The position numbers were made by a program, and so were the translations under genes. DNA of 64,000 nt from Candidatus Woesearchaeota archaeon (GTDB lineage Archaea > Nanobdellota > Nanobdellia > Woesearchaeales > ARS49), in contig WJJS01000013.1 in the NCBI GenBank assembly GCA_014729505.1, forward strand, positions 8,457-72,456. Reading direction: 5' to 3'. Below, piece by piece: positions 56,372 through 64,000 of this stretch (the stretch's first letter is position 1; the number at the start of each line of letters is the position of its first letter). The notes beneath the pieces were generated by a model. The model made no database searches. It was not told the origin of the DNA and saw nothing but the letters and a program-made list of their open reading frames with translations.

Positions 56372-57098
56372 CTAATCTCGACTGATCACGATCAAAACGT
56401 TGCAAATACATCGGAGGAGTCACCTGCTTAAAAGAAAAACCCCAGTCCTCCAACATCTTTAATGCATTACCAGTAATCTTTGGCGCAGCAATGATACCGC
56501 GCACTTGATCAACACCCTTTGACTTCTTGACCTTCTCCACATAACGACGAAGTTGAGTTACCGCTCCAAGATCCGCACGAAAACGCTTGCACTCCACAAT
56601 CGTGAGCACACCATCCTTATCAGTGCCAAACACGTCAATAAAACCATACGTCGTTTGCTCCTCGCGACTTACAGGAGTAAAACCCGTCTCAACCATGGAA
56701 GGATTATCATAAAGCATGTCAGACATATCTTTTTCAGTACCCTGCACCGTAATCGATTGCCCATCCTCCAACTTATGCGTGTTAAAGAAATACACTTTTT
56801 CAATCTCAAGACTCATAAAATCCTTATTTTTAACATTGCTCGTCTTAATAATCAAATTATGCCTTTTCACAAAAGCATGAATATCAGTGTCGGGCCTCAT
56901 ATAATTAACAGGTGCATTACCAGAAGGCTGATGTACAATAACCACATTATCAGGCTTAATCAGGACCACACGATCACCAAATTCAAGAAAACTCTCCACA
57001 CGACCAGAATAACGAACAGTACAATAACAGGCAAGCACAATACATTCATTGCGCTTTAAAGCATCCTGAATGAGTAGCGCATACTCCTCTTTATCCAT
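56352..57098 (-). CDS. nucS: endonuclease NucS/EndoMS
   Basis: C-terminal RecB-like nuclease core GVLTIVECKRFRADLGAVTQLRRY (E-x-K) plus N-terminal NucS DNA-binding domain. Confidence 0.8.
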   Translation of the reverse strand: MDKEEYALLIQDALKRNECIVLACYCTVRYSGRVESFLEFGDRVVLIKPDNVVIVHQPSGNAPVNYMRPDTDIHAFVKRHNLIIKTSNVKNKDFMSLEIEKVYFFNTHKLEDGQSITVQGTEKDMSDMLYDNPSMVETGFTPVSREEQTTYGFIDVFGTDKDGVLTIVECKRFRADLGAVTQLRRYVEKVKKSKGVDQVRGIIAAPKITGNALKMLEDWGFSFKQVTPPMYLQRFDRDQSRLDAFNNG

Positions 57099-57420
57099 AG
57101 CGCGAACAAAAAAGGCAGAGTATTAAAGCATTTATGTAGAAAAGAAAAGAAAAGCGACTAGTCGTCCTCAAAGAATTCATTCAAACTTTTATTTTTTATC
57201 ACGTGTTCCCATTTAACTGCTTTCATAACTCTCACCCCTTCTTTTGAATGAGGTTCACCGAAGTGAACCCCAGAAAAGCATCACCTTTTTTCCCGGTATT
57301 TTTTTAGAAAGACCAACTGGTATATAAGCACTTTGAGACGCAAACATACAAAACAAAAAGTATACTCCGCACGATCAGTGTCAGTACTCCAAGGTGTCTC
57401 ATTATTTACACTATGAAAAA

Positions 57421-58167
57421 TTAAAGAAGAAGTGTGTGCAACCACTCATCAAGCAGCGCCACAGTAGGACTGCGAGCAGCAACCACTTGTGTATGAGCCA
57501 AGAAATCCTTAACAAAACGACATAACAACCCAGCATGCTCCATACGATCCAATTCCCTAGCATGACGCTTACGATCAAGTAACAACAACAGCTCAGATCT
57601 GATCCTCTCAGGCAACGCGACCTTCGCTATCGCACGATCCAAACGAATAGGAGGAACCTTCTTGAACTGAGCCACATACAATGCATTGACCAAACCACGA
57701 AACACATACAAATACTTTTTCATAGTAGGCTTTTTGCCAGACACAATATATTTCTCAAAATTTTTACGACACAAGCTACGATAATGATGATACAAACTAG
57801 CAGGATTACACTGTCGAAGAGCAAAACGACGAAGAGGAGCAGGTTGCTCGCCCACATACACACAATCAGACACCAACCATTCAATCACCGTCGGATTAGA
57901 CGCTGCAAGAAGCTTGAGAAACTTCATCACATCAAATCCTACCACATCAAACAATCCCATCGTATGATCAATAACAGCAAGAGGCGGACGAAGAGCAATA
58001 TAACGCTCAAGAGGATGGACAAACACAAAACGCACATCATAATCACTATTGTGAGATTGCATACCCCACGCACGAGAACCATTCTCAACAGCAAAAAGAA
58101 TCTTTACCTTATTATCGCGCTCAATATGACGGCATAAACGGACGATCTCAGACTCAACACCTACCAT
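57421..58167 (-). CDS. predicted nucleotidyltransferase (RlaP/pfam10127-like)
   Basis: AVENGSRAWGMQSHNSDYDVRFVFV fits the GS...D.D nucleotidyltransferase signature. Confidence 0.6.
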   Translation of the reverse strand: MVGVESEIVRLCRHIERDNKVKILFAVENGSRAWGMQSHNSDYDVRFVFVHPLERYIALRPPLAVIDHTMGLFDVVGFDVMKFLKLLAASNPTVIEWLVSDCVYVGEQPAPLRRFALRQCNPASLYHHYRSLCRKNFEKYIVSGKKPTMKKYLYVFRGLVNALYVAQFKKVPPIRLDRAIAKVALPERIRSELLLLLDRKRHARELDRMEHAGLLCRFVKDFLAHTQVVAARSPTVALLDEWLHTLLL

Positions 58168-59468
58168 TTGAAACGCTTGACCTCCTTTCTCACCAAACGC
58201 GCTGCCTTATGAACACCCTTTTCAGGATGAAACTCTGCCATTTTCAAAAACACTGTTCCCATAGGTGCCTTAGGCTTACCAGGAATACGCCACAACATAC
58301 TCGCACTGAACAACCGCAACACCGCTGAAAGAATGAACACCAAAGGAATACCGCCCAATACCCACGCGACATTATCCGCAATCCATCCGCCAAGAAGAGG
58401 AGCAACAACAAGAGGTGCCGCAGCCATGACCACATATGCTGACATGTAAAACGAACGATCCTTATCAGAGGTAAAATGAAACAACATATTGATCACGGTA
58501 AGATCAGCACCCGCAAAAGCGAAACCCACCAGCATGTGAGCAGCAACCAACATCCATGGACGGCCGTCACTTGCCAAAAACACTAAAGGAATCAACGCAG
58601 TAAGTGCGACGCTTATATATGCTACAGGCTTTTCACCATAACGTGCACAAATCTTTGCCAAATGCAGTTGAGACAAGACACGAGTAACCATTGCAATCAC
58701 AATAAGACCCGCATAAAAACGATAACTCAAAGCCAAATGATCCAACTGGTACACTGTAATAAACGGGCTTGCCAACTGCACAGCAAAATTAAAGACAACC
58801 ACAAACATCATGAAACGAACAAAACCGGGACGCAAATGAAAGTAATCGCGAATACGATGAATACGCCTGCGAGGCTCTGTCTTGGTCGTCACACCAGCCA
58901 TAAAATATGACGCGATAATAGCAAAAATCACACCCATAAGCATCAGATTTGAAAAACCAAGAGTAGAATCGCGAGGATACAAATCAAGATAATAACCCGC
59001 AATAAAAAAACAACCAGTATTAAACAACACCTTCACAGAATTCTTAGTAGCGAAAAACCATGCACGCGTCTTCCTATTTACCACTTCAGCAATCATCGTC
59101 AAATACCCAGGCTCAGCAAAATATTCCAAAAAATTGATCACAAAGAAAAACACCAAAAGAACACCAAGACTACCACCAAAATAAATGGGAACTAAAAGAA
59201 TCACCATCCATAATAAACGCGCCAAAGTCGTTGTAGCAAAAAAAACAACACGCTTACCCACACGCTCCACCGCGCGCTCACCAGGAATTTGAGCAAGCAT
59301 GATAGCAAGAAACTGCGCGGCAGTCAAAAAACCAATAAACACATTAGACGCTCCCAACGCAAGAGCAAAAGGAACAATCAAGGATAAGGTAAGAGAAGAA
59401 TAAATAGCGTAAAAACTCGACTCACGCAAAATGTTCCGCTGATCACGCGACAAATACATACACCACAA
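58161..59468 (-). CDS. MFS transporter
   Basis: 435 aa, 12 predicted TM in two six-helix halves; loop motif GERAVERVGKR. Confidence 0.8.
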   Translation of the reverse strand: MWCMYLSRDQRNILRESSFYAIYSSLTLSLIVPFALALGASNVFIGFLTAAQFLAIMLAQIPGERAVERVGKRVVFFATTTLARLLWMVILLVPIYFGGSLGVLLVFFFVINFLEYFAEPGYLTMIAEVVNRKTRAWFFATKNSVKVLFNTGCFFIAGYYLDLYPRDSTLGFSNLMLMGVIFAIIASYFMAGVTTKTEPRRRIHRIRDYFHLRPGFVRFMMFVVVFNFAVQLASPFITVYQLDHLALSYRFYAGLIVIAMVTRVLSQLHLAKICARYGEKPVAYISVALTALIPLVFLASDGRPWMLVAAHMLVGFAFAGADLTVINMLFHFTSDKDRSFYMSAYVVMAAAPLVVAPLLGGWIADNVAWVLGGIPLVFILSAVLRLFSASMLWRIPGKPKAPMGTVFLKMAEFHPEKGVHKAARLVRKEVKRFKW

Positions 59469-59496
59469 AAAGGGCGAGAACTATATAAGCATGGCG

Positions 59497-60711
59497 TTAG
59501 GAGAGCAAACTCTCATAATCCTCAAGAACAATACGATCAACCTGCTCAAGATTCCTCACCAGAGAGAGCCGACCATCACCTAGCTCAGTACAACGCTTAG
59601 CAAAAGACATTGCCTTCTTATCAAGACCAATACCAACAATACTCACCGTAATACCTGCATCCTTTGCCAAGGAAATAGCACGCAATGTCTCCGTTTCAGG
59701 CGCATCACCGGCAGTGGGTAAAGCATCAGTCAACACAATAAGATGTTTGGTTACGCCTTCAAGAGGAAAAAGACGGGCAGCACGCTCGAGCATTACAGCA
59801 AAGTCAGTCTGTTTTGAGGCGCGCACACGAATAATCCTTTGAAGCAACACACTAAAATCACTCGTTGGAGCAACAGCAGTATGCACATCCTTGCTAAACA
59901 CAATCAAACCTACCTTATCCTGTTGCGACAAGGCCTTAAACGCCAAAGCCATACCAGCACGTTTTGCCACAGCAATCTTTTTACCCTTCATACTCGCAGA
60001 AGCATCAACAGCATACACGATATAGATCGTTCCCAACTTGTGACGCGTATGAGTACGCAAATCCTCTTTATGCAAACTCTTATGACTGCGCCGTACTGCC
60101 ATACGCACACTCTCGCGCACAGCAAGATCACGGTACGAATCACCCTTCTTTGTAGGCCGTGTTTCATGACGATCACCATACTGCGAAGATTCCTTAAGGA
60201 GTTTTTCACCAAACATGCCACGAGGAAGAACACGTTCCAATTCACGAGTATACATCACGAGCGCGGCAAGCTGAATACCCTGATCAGTAAACTGACCAAA
60301 ATCATCAATAATCTTCTTTCGACGCATCTGCTCAACAGCAGCGTCCATATTCTTCTTCATCTCCTTTTGAAACTCAGGAATACGAACATTCTTCTCAACA
60401 TACGATTCATCAAAACCAGTAAGATAACGAATAATTTTTGGACCAAGAATCTTCTTAGCCATCTGAAAATTATTAACAAGCTGTTCAAAAGAAAGATCAG
60501 GCGTAAAAGAATGAATATTACGATTCAAAGCCTCCTCAATTACTGCACCCTCATCAATAGTCTTCTTATCACCTTCAAGAACAGAATGCATCAAGGCCTC
60601 ATCAAGACTCGTCTTCAGCTTCCCTTCCGCCTCTTCAGCCTTAGTAAGTTGTTTTACCTCGACCTCAAGGTCAAAGGCCATCACCACCGTCAAGACCCAT
60701 ATCACGAGCAA
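59497..60711 (-). CDS. von Willebrand factor A (VWA) domain protein, partner of the upstream AAA+ ATPase
   Basis: MIDAS DASASM in IVYAVDASASMKG; C-terminal VWA fold; 41-nt overlap with the ATPase gene. Confidence 0.8.
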   Translation of the reverse strand: MLVIWVLTVVMAFDLEVEVKQLTKAEEAEGKLKTSLDEALMHSVLEGDKKTIDEGAVIEEALNRNIHSFTPDLSFEQLVNNFQMAKKILGPKIIRYLTGFDESYVEKNVRIPEFQKEMKKNMDAAVEQMRRKKIIDDFGQFTDQGIQLAALVMYTRELERVLPRGMFGEKLLKESSQYGDRHETRPTKKGDSYRDLAVRESVRMAVRRSHKSLHKEDLRTHTRHKLGTIYIVYAVDASASMKGKKIAVAKRAGMALAFKALSQQDKVGLIVFSKDVHTAVAPTSDFSVLLQRIIRVRASKQTDFAVMLERAARLFPLEGVTKHLIVLTDALPTAGDAPETETLRAISLAKDAGITVSIVGIGLDKKAMSFAKRCTELGDGRLSLVRNLEQVDRIVLEDYESLLS

Positions 60712-61690
60712 ATTTTTCCAGCTCTTGGGCGAGGAATTCCTTAGGCGTCTGCAGGTACTTGACAGAAGGTTTGAGTTCGATACGATGACTCAATACAGAA
60801 ATAATAGCCTCTTGCACTTCCTTCATAGACACCGTTGAAAGACCATGAAGAAACGCATTAGCCTGTGCACGTTCAAATAATCCAATCGATACACGCACAG
60901 AAGGCTTCTTTTGCACATCCTTATGCTCACGAATACGACGAACAAAAACAATTAACAAACGCAAAACCTTCTGCGGAAACTCAACATCCAAGGTCTTGCC
61001 CTTTTTTCTCACAATCTGCTCTTCTAAATCCTGACTGTCAGGATATGACATGTGCACCACATCAACGCGATCCATAAAAACAGCAGACAATTTCTCCGTT
61101 GCAGCAGCCTCTTCAGGATTCATCGTGCCAATAAACAAGAAATTCGTCGGAACCTCAACACGAAAACCGCTCAATGTAGCAGTTCCCTCCTCTAAGACCT
61201 GCAACAAACTATTCTGAATCTTTTCAGGAGCACGATTAACCTCATCAAAAAACAAAATACCATGATTAGCACGAAAAATTTTTCCAGGACTAAACGCTTC
61301 CGGCGATGAAGGACCAAACTTAAGAGCCATAATTGGATCAATATCTCCAAGCAAATCCTCAACAGTCAAATCAGGACTTCCCTGCACACGAACAAAACGC
61401 TCAGCACCAGGAATCCTTGCAGTCCTCGGTTGTTTTTTGCGACAAGCAGTACAGCGCGGTTGTTTTGGATCACAATGAAACTCGCAAGTAGACAAGGTTT
61501 TTGGAGGCAACAGCTTAGCAACGTTTTTTGCAAGCGTCGTCTTGCCAATGCCGGGAGCTCCAACAATCAAAAGATGACGATTCATCAAAAGCGCAGATTT
61601 AAGCTGAAACTTCGTACGATCCTGACCCAAAATATCAGTAAAAGGATCATCGCCAGTAAATTGCTTGGCAAAATCAAATTTCATTGCCAA
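60671..61690 (-). CDS. AAA+ ATPase (MoxR/ChlI-like) with Cys4 insertion
   Basis: Walker A GAPGIGKT, Walker B ILFFDEVNRA, GTMNPEE; CEFHCDPKQPRCTAC insertion between Walker A and B. Confidence 0.85.
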   Translation of the reverse strand: MAMKFDFAKQFTGDDPFTDILGQDRTKFQLKSALLMNRHLLIVGAPGIGKTTLAKNVAKLLPPKTLSTCEFHCDPKQPRCTACRKKQPRTARIPGAERFVRVQGSPDLTVEDLLGDIDPIMALKFGPSSPEAFSPGKIFRANHGILFFDEVNRAPEKIQNSLLQVLEEGTATLSGFRVEVPTNFLFIGTMNPEEAAATEKLSAVFMDRVDVVHMSYPDSQDLEEQIVRKKGKTLDVEFPQKVLRLLIVFVRRIREHKDVQKKPSVRVSIGLFERAQANAFLHGLSTVSMKEVQEAIISVLSHRIELKPSVKYLQTPKEFLAQELEKFARDMGLDGGDGL

Positions 61691-61729
61691 AACAAAAAAG
61701 AAGAAGTATAAAAAACTTAGTTTTTCGCC

Positions 61730-62143
61730 TTATTTCTTTGATTTTCTAGACGATTTTCTGCCTGACCTCTTTTTACTTGATTTTGACGAAGACTTCTTTG
61801 ACTTACCCTTGCCTGAAGTTGATTTCTTGCCTGATTTCTTAGAAGACCTTTTCTTCGTTGACTTTCCAGACTTCTTAGAAGGTTTTTTGGCCATCTTCTT
61901 GAGCTTCTTTTCCGTATACTTTCTGGCTTTGCCCATTTCAGACTTCATCTCTCTTTTCATATACTTCGCTACTTTTTTACCTTCCGAAGTCACCTCAGAA
62001 TAGACATCCTTTAAGATCTGCTTTCCTTCTTTTGGCGATAACACACCTGCCTCCATACACTTCTCAACACATTGCTGTGCAGAACGCTTACTTGCCTTTG
62101 CTACCTTTAAACCAAGAGTGAGAAACTTCTTTAACGTTGCCAT
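61730..62143 (-). CDS. basic Lys/Ser-rich protein with histone-H1-like low-complexity tail
   Basis: C-terminal about 55 aa is almost pure K/S/G/R (KKPSKKSGKSTKKRSSKKSGKKSTSGKGKSKKSSSKSSKKRSGRKSSRKSKK); N-terminal about 80 aa helical. Confidence 0.5.
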   Translation of the reverse strand: MATLKKFLTLGLKVAKASKRSAQQCVEKCMEAGVLSPKEGKQILKDVYSEVTSEGKKVAKYMKREMKSEMGKARKYTEKKLKKMAKKPSKKSGKSTKKRSSKKSGKKSTSGKGKSKKSSSKSSKKRSGRKSSRKSKK

Positions 62144-62194
62144 GAACGATCACCTCACGAGAAAGAATGCGACACTCGTTTAAAATTCTTTTGT

Positions 62195-63844
62195 TTAGGA
62201 ACGATGAGGATCATACTCTTCAGATCCTTCCCGCAAAATGGACACTACAAGAGGAGCGCAAAAGAAGAGCGCAAGACCAAAGAACACCAGCGAGATAAAC
62301 GACACATGACCAAACATCGGACCGATATTAATCGTGATAGCACCCGTCAATGCCAAAGCACTTATGAGCAGTGCAAAAGACAAACGATTGCTACTCTTGT
62401 TAATATCTGATCCAAGATGACGAATATCAGTATCTTCAATATCCAGATTAAACCTTCCATGCTTAATATGATCAAGAAGATGCAACGTCTCGACAGGAAT
62501 CTGATACGCCACATTTGACAATTCCTTAGCTTTTGAAAAAACCTGATGAGCCAGATTTGCAGGCTCAAATTGGCGACGAGCGATCTCCTCCGCTTTAACA
62601 TTGGCATACCTGTAGAAGTCAAAGGACGGATCAAGAGAAAGACAAGTCCCTTCAGTAGTCAAAAACGCTTTTGCCAACAAAATAATATCAACAGGAAGAG
62701 AAATCTTATACTTCATACACGTATTGAACAATAAACGTAGCACATGAGACGGACGCCTGCCGTGTTCAGACGGGTGACGCCAATCTCTCATCGCATCAAA
62801 AACACTCTTTCGAAAAGCCTCCAGATCAAGAGGTCCCCTAGCAAACCCCATATCAGTCAACGTGCGCACCATGCCATCAATATCATGACTTGACATGGCA
62901 ATCCACAATTGCGTACCTTTTTCACGAAGATCTTCAGAAAGCCTGCCTACAATACCAAAATCAATCAATCCAAGACGATGACGAGGAAGCATCAAGATAT
63001 TGCCAGGATGCATATCCGCATGAAAAACACCCAACTCAAAGACCTGAAAAATAGAAGTATCAATGATACGCTTGGCAATCCTTTGAGGATTTTTTACAGA
63101 CACGTGAGATAATTTAACGCCCTCAAGATATTCAATCACCAACACCTGTTTTGTACAATAATTCCAAAACACCTTAGGAATACGCACGTCTTGCACATGA
63201 CGATACTGACGATAAAACACATCAATATTGTTAGCTTCATTTGTAAAATTTAATTCCTGATTAGTATACCGCTCAAACTCCTCAACAATATCAATTGGAG
63301 AAACAGTATCCTGAAGACGCGGAGCAATTTTTCGAGCCAAATAATAAAGCAACTCAATATCTGCTTGAAAACTCTCAGCCACATAAGCCCTTCGGATTTT
63401 AACCACAACACGCGTTCCATTTGGCAAGACTGCGCGATGCACCTGAGCAATAGACGCTGAACCAATAGGTTTCTCCTCAATAGAACGAAAAATCTTATCA
63501 ACAGGCTTGCCAAACTCCCGTTCAATAACCTTTTTTATCTCACTAAACGGTTGTGCTGGAACCTCGTCAAGAAGCTTCTTGAACTCATCAGCATACTCAT
63601 GAGGAATCAGATCTTCACGCAAGGAAAGCATCTGACCAAGCTTAATAAAAGAACCACCCAATTCTTCAAGAGCATGACGCAATCTTCGCTGAACGCTCTC
63701 CTTTTCCGAATCAGGACGCGGTTTTGGTTTGAAAAACGGCACATGCCAACGCAAACCATACTCTTCAACAACCCACTCGAGTCCATTACGTACCAGAACA
63801 CGCACAACATGAGCGGCACGCTTCGTTTGCTTTGAGAACACCAT
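62195..63844 (-). CDS. ABC1/UbiB-family atypical protein kinase
   Basis: LGGSFIKLGQMLSLREDLIP, IGSASIAQVH, kinase-like HADMHPGNI and DFG (IDFGIVG); C-terminal TM. Confidence 0.85.
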   Translation of the reverse strand: MVFSKQTKRAAHVVRVLVRNGLEWVVEEYGLRWHVPFFKPKPRPDSEKESVQRRLRHALEELGGSFIKLGQMLSLREDLIPHEYADEFKKLLDEVPAQPFSEIKKVIEREFGKPVDKIFRSIEEKPIGSASIAQVHRAVLPNGTRVVVKIRRAYVAESFQADIELLYYLARKIAPRLQDTVSPIDIVEEFERYTNQELNFTNEANNIDVFYRQYRHVQDVRIPKVFWNYCTKQVLVIEYLEGVKLSHVSVKNPQRIAKRIIDTSIFQVFELGVFHADMHPGNILMLPRHRLGLIDFGIVGRLSEDLREKGTQLWIAMSSHDIDGMVRTLTDMGFARGPLDLEAFRKSVFDAMRDWRHPSEHGRRPSHVLRLLFNTCMKYKISLPVDIILLAKAFLTTEGTCLSLDPSFDFYRYANVKAEEIARRQFEPANLAHQVFSKAKELSNVAYQIPVETLHLLDHIKHGRFNLDIEDTDIRHLGSDINKSSNRLSFALLISALALTGAITINIGPMFGHVSFISLVFFGLALFFCAPLVVSILREGSEEYDPHRS

Positions 63845-64000
63845 CTTTTCAACCTACTGAAGGCTTACGACAATATAAATAATTTGCTATAACAAAGCTT
63901 AAATACTCTCCTCCCTGGGAGTGGAACATGTCGGACGCGGAGTTCAATAAGGATATGGACAGTTACATCAAAAAACGCCGCAAGTATCCCGCTCAAGAGA

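Noticed and set aside
61665-62003. 112-aa F/L/D-rich plus-strand ORF
   Set aside because: Mirror of the K/S-rich gene on the minus strand; the minus-strand product has a plausible helical N-terminus and start context.
1-64000. CRISPR arrays, rRNA genes, integrase/transposase genes
   Set aside because: No regularly spaced direct repeats, no rRNA-like conserved stretches, and no recombinase/transposase motifs seen in any frame.

Overview
This 64 kb window reads as an archaeal chromosome segment, probably from a small-genome, DPANN-like lineage; the lineage call is inference. The archaeal assignment rests on an information-processing core: ribosomal proteins L35Ae, L1, P0, P1/L12, S27a, S24e and S15; RNA polymerase subunits L, E' and Spt4/E''; TFS; aEF-1beta with its Zn-ribbon partner; class-I CCA enzyme; Trm1; RtcA; NucS/EndoMS; an XPD-like helicase; and archaeal signal peptidase and prepilin peptidase. 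Several promoters show a TATA box about 27 bp upstream of the ATG, consistent with leaderless transcripts. Background GC is about 38-42% and the proteins are K/E-rich. Interspersed are sharply GC-richer (about 57-67%), R/D/E-rich gene blocks. The main one is 22139-27614, five co-directional minus-strand ORFan coiled-coil genes. It is followed by an 886-bp AT-rich spacer with duplicated motifs, three paralogous coiled-coil plus winged-HTH regulators (28501-30307), and a ~215-bp MITE-like element bounded by imperfect inverted repeats (30313-30526). I read this as a horizontally acquired or mobile island carrying an uncharacterised system. Other notable items are a catalytically degenerate cis-prenyltransferase paralog alongside a canonical UppS, and a bacterial-type GAPDH. 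There is also a four-repeat cadherin-like lipoprotein, a membrane-anchored wHTH with an extracellular domain, a 988-aa coiled-coil protein, a K/S-rich histone-H1-like protein and an AAA+(Cys4 insert)/VWA pair. I found no convincing tRNA, rRNA or CRISPR.
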